Positions 44,179 through 53,048 of a stretch of DNA of 64,000 nt are shown piece by piece. Location of the stretch: NCBI GenBank assembly GCA_048264885.1, contig JBLXCO010000002.1, positions 485,040 through 549,039 of the forward strand, in the 5' to 3' direction. The notes under the pieces are model-generated. The model did no database searches and was not told where the DNA came from. It was given only the letters and a program-made list of their open reading frames with translations. This stretch comes from Bacteriovoracaceae bacterium. Lineage in GTDB: Bacteria > Bdellovibrionota > Bacteriovoracia > Bacteriovoracales > Bacteriovoracaceae. The position numbers were made by a program, and so were the translations under genes. The number at the start of each line of letters is the position of its first letter. Positions within the stretch are counted from its first letter, which is position 1.

Positions 44179-45576
44179 ATGACTGAGATTTTAAAAGTTA
44201 AAGACATCGTTGCCGAGCATATTAAAGACCGTGAGGCCACCGTGAGAGGTTGGGTGCGCTCGGTGAGAAACTCCAAGGCCTTCTCATTCTTGGTGATCAA
44301 CGACGGCTCTTGCCAAGAAAGTTTGCAAATTGTTCTAGATAGCACGATGGAGGGCTACGCTGAAGCGTCTTCACTGCTGACAGGTTCAAGTGTGAGCATT
44401 ACTGGCAAGCTGGTTGAGTCTCAGGGCAAAGGTCAAAATATTGAAATGCAAGCAGCTCACGTGGAGATCGTGGGCCGAGCGGATGAGACTTACCCGATTC
44501 AAAAAAAGGGAACGAGTCTTGAGTTTTTACGTGAGGTGGCCCATCTGCGCCCGCGCACCAATCTCTTTGGCGCGATCTTTCGCATTCGCCACACGCTCGC
44601 CTTTGCAACCCACGAGTTCTTTAACTCTAAGGGCTTCTATTACCTCAACACCCCAATCATTACGGGAATTGATGCCGAGGGTGCTGGAGAGATGTTTAAC
44701 GTCTCAACACTTCCCTTTGAAAATCCTCCTCGCAACGACAAAGGTGAGATTGATTACTCAAAAGATTACTTTGGAAAGAGCGTCAACCTCACAGTGAGCG
44801 GACAGCTAGAGGCCGAGTGCTTTGCTTGTGGCATGGGTGCGGTTTATACTTTTGGTCCAACCTTTCGCTCTGAAAATTCAAATACCTTCCGCCACCTTTC
44901 TGAGTTTTGGATGATTGAGCCCGAGGTGGCCTTTGCCGATCTTGATAATGTCGCCGATCTGGCCACTGATTATATTAAGCACCTTATTGATGCCGTCTTA
45001 AAGCGCAACCCTTCAGACTTGGCCTTTCTCGACTCGAGAAGAGAAAAGGGAGAAGAGAAGGTGATGCCCATTCTTGAACACGTGCTAAAGAGTCCGTTTG
45101 TTAAGATCACTTACACCGAAGCGATGGACATCTGTGCGAAGTCCGGGCGCAAGTTTGAGTTTCCCACCATCTGGGGACATGAGCTTCAAACAGAGCACGA
45201 GCGCTTCCTCACAGAAGAACACTTTAAGTCTCCAGTGATCGTGACAGACTATCCAAAAGACGTGAAGGCCTTCTACATGAAATTAGGCCCCGATGGAAAA
45301 ACTGTGCGCGCCATGGACGTGCTAGTTCCCGGGGTCGGCGAAATTATTGGCGGCTCTCAGCGTGAAGAGAATCTTGAGAAGCTGCAGGCGCGCATGCGCG
45401 AAATGAATATGAATGAAGAGGCGCTTAAGTGGTACCTTGATCTTAGACGCTACGGCACTGTTCCCCACGCCGGCTTTGGCCTTGGGTTTGAGCGCTTTGT
45501 GATGTACGTCACTGGGGTTAAGAATATTCGCGACGCCATTGCCTTTCCTAGAACCCCCAAAAATTGCGAGTTCTAG
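44179..45576 (+). CDS. asnS: Asparagine-tRNA ligase
   Basis: Class II motifs 'FRSENSNTFRHLSEFWMIEPE' and 'GFGLGFERFVMY', with an N-terminal OB region. Confidence 0.95.
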   Translation: MTEILKVKDIVAEHIKDREATVRGWVRSVRNSKAFSFLVINDGSCQESLQIVLDSTMEGYAEASSLLTGSSVSITGKLVESQGKGQNIEMQAAHVEIVGRADETYPIQKKGTSLEFLREVAHLRPRTNLFGAIFRIRHTLAFATHEFFNSKGFYYLNTPIITGIDAEGAGEMFNVSTLPFENPPRNDKGEIDYSKDYFGKSVNLTVSGQLEAECFACGMGAVYTFGPTFRSENSNTFRHLSEFWMIEPEVAFADLDNVADLATDYIKHLIDAVLKRNPSDLAFLDSRREKGEEKVMPILEHVLKSPFVKITYTEAMDICAKSGRKFEFPTIWGHELQTEHERFLTEEHFKSPVIVTDYPKDVKAFYMKLGPDGKTVRAMDVLVPGVGEIIGGSQREENLEKLQARMREMNMNEEALKWYLDLRRYGTVPHAGFGLGFERFVMYVTGVKNIRDAIAFPRTPKNCEF

Positions 45577-45577
45577 C

Positions 45578-46075
45578 ATGAAGAGCAAGTCCCAAAAGTT
45601 TAAGAGTCTTTTCTTTTTGCTAGCACTTTTGGGGCTACTCTCTTGTGAGCGCAAAGAGAGCACCTCTTTTTTACCCAGTAATCCTGAAGAGGTAGGGGAT
45701 TCTCTTTGGGGCATCGATGATGATCACTCGGGAGTGCGCGACGATGTTGAAGAGTGGATAAAATCTAGTAGTTACGCTGATAAAGAAAAGTTGGCGCTTC
45801 ATTTTCTAGCGCGCCAGTATCAGGGGATCTTACTCACTGGTAGTGGGCAAGAAGACGCAAATCGCGTTGTGGGTGAGTATATCCGCGCCCTTGACTGCCT
45901 CAATCTAACCTTTGGACCTGAGCGTGCCAGAGATGTGCGTGAAACTCTAAAGCGAGTTCAATTCAATACCCCTAAGCGCATCGCCCGCTTCCGTGAGACG
46001 AGCAAGCACTTTAGCCCCGACAAAATAAAACCCCTTGAATCCTACCGCGACCGCGCAGAAGTCTGTCCATTTTAA
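45578..46075 (+). CDS. Hypothetical lipoprotein
   Basis: ATG 45578 lies directly after the asnS stop. Lipobox 'LLGLLSC'. Confidence 0.6.
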   Translation: MKSKSQKFKSLFFLLALLGLLSCERKESTSFLPSNPEEVGDSLWGIDDDHSGVRDDVEEWIKSSSYADKEKLALHFLARQYQGILLTGSGQEDANRVVGEYIRALDCLNLTFGPERARDVRETLKRVQFNTPKRIARFRETSKHFSPDKIKPLESYRDRAEVCPF

Positions 46076-46264
46076 AACCCAAGGCCGATAAAACCCTAAT
46101 AATTGGGTGTCGGCCTAGTGGTCAACTCGTGAAATCTTTTCAAAAATTCGACCTTTCCTTTGCCTTTAATGCCCCCAAGTATTAGATTGCGGTAAGTCTT
46201 TTTCATAACTTAAGTTAAATTGCAGGGCCTTCTAGCACGGGGGCCCCCCAAACACTGGATCCTC

Positions 46265-47692
46265 ATGAACCGCTCATTGCTCGCACTGTCGCTCCTATGC
46301 TCTTCGCTCACCGCTAGCGTTAACGCCCAAAATCTTCCCACTGAAGATAAACTTGAAACATCCGCCAACCTTGGCCAAAGAGAACTTCCTCGTGGATTCT
46401 TTCTCGAGAAAGTAGAGTACGAAGAGTACGTCTACTCAAGATCAAAGAAAACAGAACTTGGCGATCAAGTGGAAATCGATGCTTCGATTCGTTATCAATA
46501 CGACGAAAACACCTTTGGGCGCTTTCGCTTTGAGACAGATCCAGTCGATAACCGTTTTAATAATAAGACTTCTAAGTTCGAACTCTTAGGTGGCCACAAG
46601 CGTGGAAACTTCATGGTTCAAATCGATACTGAGCTCAACTCAAATGATGGGGGCGGCACTAGTATTGGATTTGATCTCGATAGTGAAGGAACTTTTCTTG
46701 GCTATAAAGCAGATAATGGTCTTGGCCTTACTTTCTATCCGTTTAATTTTGATGGTGAAGTTGGGGTTGAGTTTGATACCTACGATGTCACTCGAATTTT
46801 CTATATTGATGGCTCTCCAAGTACTGTGAATAACACTCAACTTGGCAATGAGAAGATTGCTGAGAAAACTATTCCAGGTTTAGAACTTAGTTTTGGGCCT
46901 AGCTTTCTTAAAGGTCTTGAATTCTATGTGGGCGCTGGTGTGGCCACTTATCTTTATCCCACCAATGCAAGCTATAATATTAAAACTAACCGCGCTGCTG
47001 ATCGCTGGGAGCGTCGTCAGGACTTTGGATATAAGTTTGGTGCAAAGTATAGAGGTGCTCGCAGCGGACTCAGTCTTGAAGCCGTGGGCCATGATAAGTC
47101 TGAAGAGACGGGCTCACTCCTAGAAGCTGCGGCCTCTTTGAATTTCTTCACCTTTGGTCTACCTGGTGGGCTATCAGATGATCTCTTTATTGAAGGTGAG
47201 ATCACGGTGACTAAGGCCGGTAAATCTCCTTATCGCCTAAGTCGTACATCAACTTGGTTTGAACAAACTTCTCCTTTCCAGCCTGTTTATTCTGATTACT
47301 ACGGCAACACTCAAGACTGGGTTGGTAAAACTGACAGTGCCTACGCTCTTAAAGTAGGTCACAAATTGAGTGACACTTTTCTTCCCTATGGTTTCTACCG
47401 CTACCAGGGCAAACATTTTATTTTTAAAGAGCGTGAATCGGCCCATATGTTAAGAACGGCCGATGAAGCCGCTTCTCACGGTGGTCTCAATCGCTTTGGT
47501 CTAGGACTTTACAAAGTTTATGACAAATTTACCATCAATCCTGAATTTGAATGGCTCAAGGCGAGCAATCCTGTTTTTGGCAACAGCTCAGATGTTCGCG
47601 CTGACCGCGTTCTTAGTAGTTTTAAAAAGAATGATTTCTTACTCTACCTCATTGTTTCTTATAACTTTGATGGCTCAAAGGTCATTAAGTAG
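46265..47692 (+). CDS. Putative outer-membrane beta-barrel protein
   Basis: Signal peptide 'LLALSLLCSSLTASVNA'. Alternating hydrophobic/aromatic-rich beta-strand-like segments run throughout. First gene of a 4-gene cluster. Confidence 0.55.
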   Translation: MNRSLLALSLLCSSLTASVNAQNLPTEDKLETSANLGQRELPRGFFLEKVEYEEYVYSRSKKTELGDQVEIDASIRYQYDENTFGRFRFETDPVDNRFNNKTSKFELLGGHKRGNFMVQIDTELNSNDGGGTSIGFDLDSEGTFLGYKADNGLGLTFYPFNFDGEVGVEFDTYDVTRIFYIDGSPSTVNNTQLGNEKIAEKTIPGLELSFGPSFLKGLEFYVGAGVATYLYPTNASYNIKTNRAADRWERRQDFGYKFGAKYRGARSGLSLEAVGHDKSEETGSLLEAAASLNFFTFGLPGGLSDDLFIEGEITVTKAGKSPYRLSRTSTWFEQTSPFQPVYSDYYGNTQDWVGKTDSAYALKVGHKLSDTFLPYGFYRYQGKHFIFKERESAHMLRTADEAASHGGLNRFGLGLYKVYDKFTINPEFEWLKASNPVFGNSSDVRADRVLSSFKKNDFLLYLIVSYNFDGSKVIK

Positions 47693-47699
47693 GTCAATT

Positions 47700-49712
47700 A
47701 TGAAAAAGCAAAATCTAGTCACAGCTTCACTCATCCTAGGTCTTCTGGGTCTGCCTCTTTTAAGTGGTTGCAGTGGTGATTCTGAAGTGAGCTCTATTGA
47801 TACGACTGGCGCCAATCGCGAACTCATCGCTGAAGCGGATCAGATTCAAGAGGCCGTCACTCAAGGGCGCTTGCTGCGCTCAAGCTCTGAACGCGATCGC
47901 AACGGGCTGACTTCATCTTTGCGTGATGCCAGGAGCGCTTTGATTAGACTTGCACGAAATAATACGGATCGCCTAGGCATTGAGCTTGGTTATAGAGCAC
48001 TTAAGGAACTTGAAAGACTCTATATTCTTCGCGGTGACATGGGCGTGCTAGGTAACTTCTACCGCGAGCTTGGAAATGTGGTCAGCGAATCGGCCCGCGC
48101 TGCCGGTGTGGTTCTCGATGATCTCGCCTGGACTCAGTATAGCTACGCCTTTAGTGATGATGTGGCGCCTTTTGCCACACAAACGACAGGGCCTGAATGG
48201 TCGACGGGTGTATCGCTTGATAAGAGCTACATCCGAGTGAGACAATCGGGCAAGACCAATCAGGCCTGGCTACTCTCTCCCTCTTTTGATCTCACTAAGA
48301 TGACCAATCCTGGCTTTCGCATCACTCACAATACCAGCATGGAAAAGAATGATCGCTTTAATGATCCCTTTAACCGTGTGCTTATCAATCAAACCGTCTT
48401 TAAAGTGCTCGTCTCAACTAAGTATGAAGATGGTGATGAACTGAACCTCTCTGACTGGGTCGATGTTTCTGATCAGTTGGGTGTGATGCCTACTGGTGTT
48501 GACTTTCACACTGTTGAAAGTGCCGTGGTTGATCTCTCTAGGTTTATCAGTGATAAAACGGTTGTGGCCTTCGTCTTTAACGAAGACACTAAGCTCGTAG
48601 GCCGTCAGTACTTGAGTTGGCAAATTAATAAATTTGAACTCGTGGGCGCTGGTGAACTAAAGGCCATGAGTCCACGTGCTAAGCCATTACTCGTCACTGA
48701 AATTGATGACAACTCTCTTTCTCCCTTTGCCGTCATTCCCATGAGTGCCCAGGCCCCCAATTGGGAGTATTTTCAAATTGGCGGAAGTCCTAAATTTGCC
48801 AAAATTTCGGCAAACTCTAAAGAAGGTGAGTCTTGGCTATTGTCGCCTAAGTATCAGCTCAAAAATTTAGACTCTCTTTCTTTGGTAGTAAAAGAAGTCG
48901 TGCGCAATCCAAAGTTTGATCAAATGGAGATCATGATCTCAACCGACTACGCCGGCGGAGATCCAAGCCAATCAAATTGGGAAAAACTCGAGCGCCAAAA
49001 TGTGGCCGATATTCCTGCGGGCAATTGGACCGATGTGGTCTCTGGCCCCTTTGATCTGGCCAAGTACTTTGGTCAAGATGTGGTCGTAGCGCTCAAATTT
49101 ACGAGTAAGGCCGGTGATGATCACGACTGGGAACTGGCGACTTTGTCCTTTGTAGGTGAGGGTGAAGAGCTCTCCTTTGAGCGCTATAAAGTAACATTTG
49201 ATATTCCTGGTGGAGTGCAAAGCGACGCTGTGGCCGCTTTTAATTTCAACTACGGCGCTGAAGGTTTCACTACAAGTGAAGTCAGCGGCACGCCAGCTGA
49301 ATTTAAGCTCACTAGTCGCGACAATCGCCAATACTACAATATCTCTGGTTTTAAGCCGCGCAAAGAAGGTGTGGTGAGATTGATTTCTCCCACCGTTGAA
49401 CTTAAGGCCAGTGCAGGTAAGAAGATCGCTCTTAAAGTGACTCAAAACTACAACTTCTATAAAGCCGAGGATCAGGCCAAGAAGAAACTCTTAAAGATTT
49501 TCCTGGCCGACGATTCAGGGCATGAAGAAGAGATCATTTTTGCCACTGTTCCCAGTGGTGACAATTTCGACATCGTCACCAGTGAAGAGCTCATTTTAGC
49601 AGACACTTGGATGGGTAAAAAGGTCCAGCTTATTTTTGAATACGCTACGGGCGATAACGTCTTCCCACAGTGGAATCTCTATGACGCTAGCTTTGTTCAG
49701 CTTGAACAGTAG
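47700..49712 (+). CDS. Lipoprotein with three repeated beta-sandwich-like modules (choice-of-anchor-J-like)
   Basis: Lipobox 'LPLLSGC'. Three repeats each contain 'AWLLSPSFDL' / 'SWLLSPKYQL' / 'VRLISPTVEL', then 'VLVSTKYEDGD' / 'IMISTDYAGGD', then a terminal Trp motif. Lies 7 bp after the barrel gene. Confidence 0.65.
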   Translation: MKKQNLVTASLILGLLGLPLLSGCSGDSEVSSIDTTGANRELIAEADQIQEAVTQGRLLRSSSERDRNGLTSSLRDARSALIRLARNNTDRLGIELGYRALKELERLYILRGDMGVLGNFYRELGNVVSESARAAGVVLDDLAWTQYSYAFSDDVAPFATQTTGPEWSTGVSLDKSYIRVRQSGKTNQAWLLSPSFDLTKMTNPGFRITHNTSMEKNDRFNDPFNRVLINQTVFKVLVSTKYEDGDELNLSDWVDVSDQLGVMPTGVDFHTVESAVVDLSRFISDKTVVAFVFNEDTKLVGRQYLSWQINKFELVGAGELKAMSPRAKPLLVTEIDDNSLSPFAVIPMSAQAPNWEYFQIGGSPKFAKISANSKEGESWLLSPKYQLKNLDSLSLVVKEVVRNPKFDQMEIMISTDYAGGDPSQSNWEKLERQNVADIPAGNWTDVVSGPFDLAKYFGQDVVVALKFTSKAGDDHDWELATLSFVGEGEELSFERYKVTFDIPGGVQSDAVAAFNFNYGAEGFTTSEVSGTPAEFKLTSRDNRQYYNISGFKPRKEGVVRLISPTVELKASAGKKIALKVTQNYNFYKAEDQAKKKLLKIFLADDSGHEEEIIFATVPSGDNFDIVTSEELILADTWMGKKVQLIFEYATGDNVFPQWNLYDASFVQLEQ

Positions 49713-49742
49713 TCGTTAAGAAGTAGGAAGAAGTTAAGGATT

Positions 49743-52259
49743 ATGGCCATGAAACATTTTAAATTCACGCTCTTGCTCGCTGCCCTGACTCTAGGTGCCT
49801 GTTCAGACAAGGCCTATCGTCTTGAGAATGACAATTTTGTCATTGGTACTGAAGATGTGCGCACGAAGGGCTCTGTTCCAGAGGGCAATCTCATGGCCAC
49901 GGCGATTAAAGAGGTCAACGATCTCGACATCGTCTTTTACCCATCAAGACTTCTAAACTCTGGGACTCCAACGCTCCTTAGAACCTCGATGGACAGCTCT
50001 GATGAGAGTTCACTGCTCTCAGTTTATCCTGATGGCATTAAAGATCAGTTTATCGTCGGTAATATGAAAGGTCGCGACATTCGCGCTTTTCTAGAAGAGC
50101 GCTCAGAAGACAATTACGACGTTGATCTGCAAGTGGCCGGTATGAATTATCATATCCACTATGTTGGTGGTTGGAAGCAATACGCTTACTATGAGCTTGA
50201 GCGCGGGGTGCCTTGGGATGATGATCGCATCTACCGCGTGGCCGTGAGTGAGTACTATTATTTTAGTGGCGCGACTTTTCCAAGCTATAAGTATCGCAAT
50301 GGCCTAGGTCTGCGCGATTTTGTTGAGTCTTCATTTATTAGTGCTAAGAGCTCTCTTAAGAGCTATCTGGGGAGTGGTCGCGAGTGGCCTTTTCTTAAAG
50401 AGCCGCGTGCAAATGTCACTCGAGGCGTTCTTTCAGATCTTGGAACTAAGACAATTGCTGAAATTCAAGGTGAGTCTCACCGCTCACCAATCTATGGTCA
50501 TCAGGTGACAACCACTGGTGTTGTGACCGCCACCGGAAGTGTGGAGTGGTATCCAGGCGGAGAAGAAGTTTTCATTCAAAGCCTAAATCCAGATCAGAAT
50601 CCCTTGACGTCTGAAGGACTGCACGTTCATTTTGGTCAACTGAGAACGTACCTTGAGCTCGGTGATGTAATTGAAGTGAGTGGAACTGTTTATGAGCAGG
50701 TCTTTTCAAATGGTCTTGGTCGCACTGGTCTGCGCGAGATCACCTCGCTCAAGGTGCTCAGAAAAGGTGAGGAGCTTCCGGCCCCCATAAAGCTCGGTCT
50801 TGGCGGGCGAGAAATTCCAAAAGATAAAATCTCTACCTATAGAGGTAACCTCAATCTTAAGCCAAAGCTCAACCTCGCCGATGGAGTTGATTTCTTTGAA
50901 GCTCTAGAGGGAATGCGAGTCACAATCTCTAACCCTAGGTTAGTTGGCTTTAGAGGTGGAAATGAAGAATTTGAAAGCTCTAAGCCAAAAGGCTACTTAA
51001 ATCTCTACTTGGTAGCCGATGCCAATGAGTCGACTGAATTGATGACGGACGCTGGTGGGATTATTATTGATGAACTCAAAGATGATTTTAATCCAGAGAT
51101 TGTCCAAGTCCTCTCCAACCATTTTTCTAATGGGATCGCTACTGATGTGTACTTTAATGTCGGTGATATCATCTCTGGTGATATCACTGGGGTGATGGGT
51201 TATGAGAAAAATATCTTTGGTGGTGGTGACTACGCTATTGTGATTCCTGAGGCGCAAAAAACGATTTCAGACTATGCGGCCAGTGCCACTGTGAGAACTG
51301 AACTTGAAGATCGTCCCATTACTCAACTTGTGGGCACTGACGACCAACTTACCGTCGCGAGCTACAACGTAGAAAACCTGGCCGGTAATCAAAAGACTCG
51401 TCTTAAAGAAATTGGCAAATCAATTGCCCTTAATCTCAAATGCCCGGATATTCTAAGCTTAGTTGAGATTCAAGACCTCAATGGGGATGACTTTGCTGGC
51501 GACTCCGGTGCTGATAAAACTCTTCAGCGCCTGATCCGCTCTATCGATTGTCCAGGTGTTGACTACCGCGCTCTCAATATTGATCCAATCATGAATGGTG
51601 AGGGTGGAAAGCCAGGTGGTAATATTCGCGTGGCCATCATCTATAATGCTAACCGAGTAGGCTTTACCCCCCGTGGAAATGCCGGTGCCCTCACTGAAAC
51701 TCGAATCATGCAAGATGGCTCACTTGAGAATAATCCCGGTCGTGTATTTCCCAATGATCCCTCTTTTGAGCACACCAGAAAGAGCTTGGCCGCGGAATTT
51801 ACCTTCAAAGGTGAGCGCGTGATTGTGATTGCCAACCACTTTAACTCTAAACTCGGAGACGCTTCGCTTTGGGGCGCCGAGCAGCCTGCCTATCTAGGTA
51901 GTGAAACGCGCCGCCAGCAGTTGGCGACAAAAATGAGTGACTTTGTTGAGCTACTCGTTAAACGCGATCCTAAAAATCATGTTTTGGTTGTGGGTGACTT
52001 TAATGCGCACATCGAAGAGTCGGCCATGCGTATTCTTGAGGGCAATGAACTCAAAAATCTGATGACCTACGGGGACTTGGTTCCTTTTAATAATCGCTAT
52101 ACGACCAATTACAATGGTAACTCTCAGGCCATCGACTTCATCTTTGCCAGTTACAACCTGCTCGAGATGAATCCTGAGTTTGAACCCCTGCATATTAACT
52201 CTGACTACATGGGAAGACTTTCAGACCACGATCCGGTTATTGCGCGTTTTAAATTTTAA
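49743..52259 (+). CDS. ExeM/NucH-like extracellular nuclease lipoprotein (C-terminal EEP domain)
   Basis: Lipobox 'ALTLGAC'. 'IAEIQGESHRSPIYGHQVTTTGVVTA' is an OB-like insert typical of ExeM/NucH. EEP motifs are 'VASYNVENL', 'LVEIQD', 'VGDFNA' and 'LSDHDPVIARF'. Confidence 0.7.
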   Translation: MAMKHFKFTLLLAALTLGACSDKAYRLENDNFVIGTEDVRTKGSVPEGNLMATAIKEVNDLDIVFYPSRLLNSGTPTLLRTSMDSSDESSLLSVYPDGIKDQFIVGNMKGRDIRAFLEERSEDNYDVDLQVAGMNYHIHYVGGWKQYAYYELERGVPWDDDRIYRVAVSEYYYFSGATFPSYKYRNGLGLRDFVESSFISAKSSLKSYLGSGREWPFLKEPRANVTRGVLSDLGTKTIAEIQGESHRSPIYGHQVTTTGVVTATGSVEWYPGGEEVFIQSLNPDQNPLTSEGLHVHFGQLRTYLELGDVIEVSGTVYEQVFSNGLGRTGLREITSLKVLRKGEELPAPIKLGLGGREIPKDKISTYRGNLNLKPKLNLADGVDFFEALEGMRVTISNPRLVGFRGGNEEFESSKPKGYLNLYLVADANESTELMTDAGGIIIDELKDDFNPEIVQVLSNHFSNGIATDVYFNVGDIISGDITGVMGYEKNIFGGGDYAIVIPEAQKTISDYAASATVRTELEDRPITQLVGTDDQLTVASYNVENLAGNQKTRLKEIGKSIALNLKCPDILSLVEIQDLNGDDFAGDSGADKTLQRLIRSIDCPGVDYRALNIDPIMNGEGGKPGGNIRVAIIYNANRVGFTPRGNAGALTETRIMQDGSLENNPGRVFPNDPSFEHTRKSLAAEFTFKGERVIVIANHFNSKLGDASLWGAEQPAYLGSETRRQQLATKMSDFVELLVKRDPKNHVLVVGDFNAHIEESAMRILEGNELKNLMTYGDLVPFNNRYTTNYNGNSQAIDFIFASYNLLEMNPEFEPLHINSDYMGRLSDHDPVIARFKF

Positions 52260-52271
52260 TGAGGAGATTTT

Positions 52272-53048
52272 ATGAAGAAGCTACTTCTTTCAGTTCTCGC
52301 TCTGGGCCTCGCTCTTTTGGGCCCGCAAACGTCTGCACTGGCAAAAATAAATCCGACCACCCAGTGGGGAAGCACTACTGCTGATCAACTTGATTCTCGC
52401 TTTGAAATGTGCTTTTGGAATATCTACAAGGCGCCAACTGAGCAGACAATGCGCGATATCGATGCGCTCGTGGAGCGCTCAGATATTCTTCTTTTGCAAG
52501 AAATGGAGTTAAAAAGAAATCCTGAGGAACTCTACAATGGTCACTTCGCCGCCTCTTGGGGCACTACTGGTGTGGCAACTCTTTCAGATGTGAAGCAAAA
52601 AAAGGCCAAGGCTTTTGTCTCGGACTCCTATGAGTTTGGCTTTGTGACGCCAAAATCAATTTTGCTTTCGCACTTTGATCTTGCTGGGCAAGACTTGCTT
52701 GTGGTCAATGTGCACGCCCTCAATTTTGTCGCCTTTGATGCCTTCGCGCTTCAAATGAAGGAGCTTGGCAAGCTTGTCTCAAAGCATGAAGGTCCAGTTT
52801 TGATTGCGGGAGACTTTAACACTTGGTTTTTTACTCGCACCGAGCTTATTGCCAATATTCTCGGGGAACACGGTATTACTGAAATTGAGTTCGCCCTTGA
52901 AGGGGATCACGACCCACGCGCTGGGCGCTTTGGTCTGCTTGACCGCGCTTATGCACGAGGACTTGATATTGTGGCAACCGAGATTATGGATGAGATGACC
53001 TCAAGTGATCACATGCCTTCTTGTGTTACCCTTGATAAAGGAATTTAA
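52272..53048 (+). CDS. Secreted endonuclease/exonuclease/phosphatase (EEP) family protein
   Basis: Signal peptide. 'FWNIYK', 'ILLLQEM', 'VVNVHA', 'AGDFNTW' and 'SSDHMP'. Confidence 0.75.
   Translation: MKKLLLSVLALGLALLGPQTSALAKINPTTQWGSTTADQLDSRFEMCFWNIYKAPTEQTMRDIDALVERSDILLLQEMELKRNPEELYNGHFAASWGTTGVATLSDVKQKKAKAFVSDSYEFGFVTPKSILLSHFDLAGQDLLVVNVHALNFVAFDAFALQMKELGKLVSKHEGPVLIAGDFNTWFFTRTELIANILGEHGITEIEFALEGDHDPRAGRFGLLDRAYARGLDIVATEIMDEMTSSDHMPSCVTLDKGI

Noticed and set aside
46239-46249. G5C6 palindromic run 16 nt upstream of the barrel-gene ATG
   Set aside because: A loop-less GC palindrome cannot form a normal hairpin. It occurs once only, and no function can be argued from sequence.
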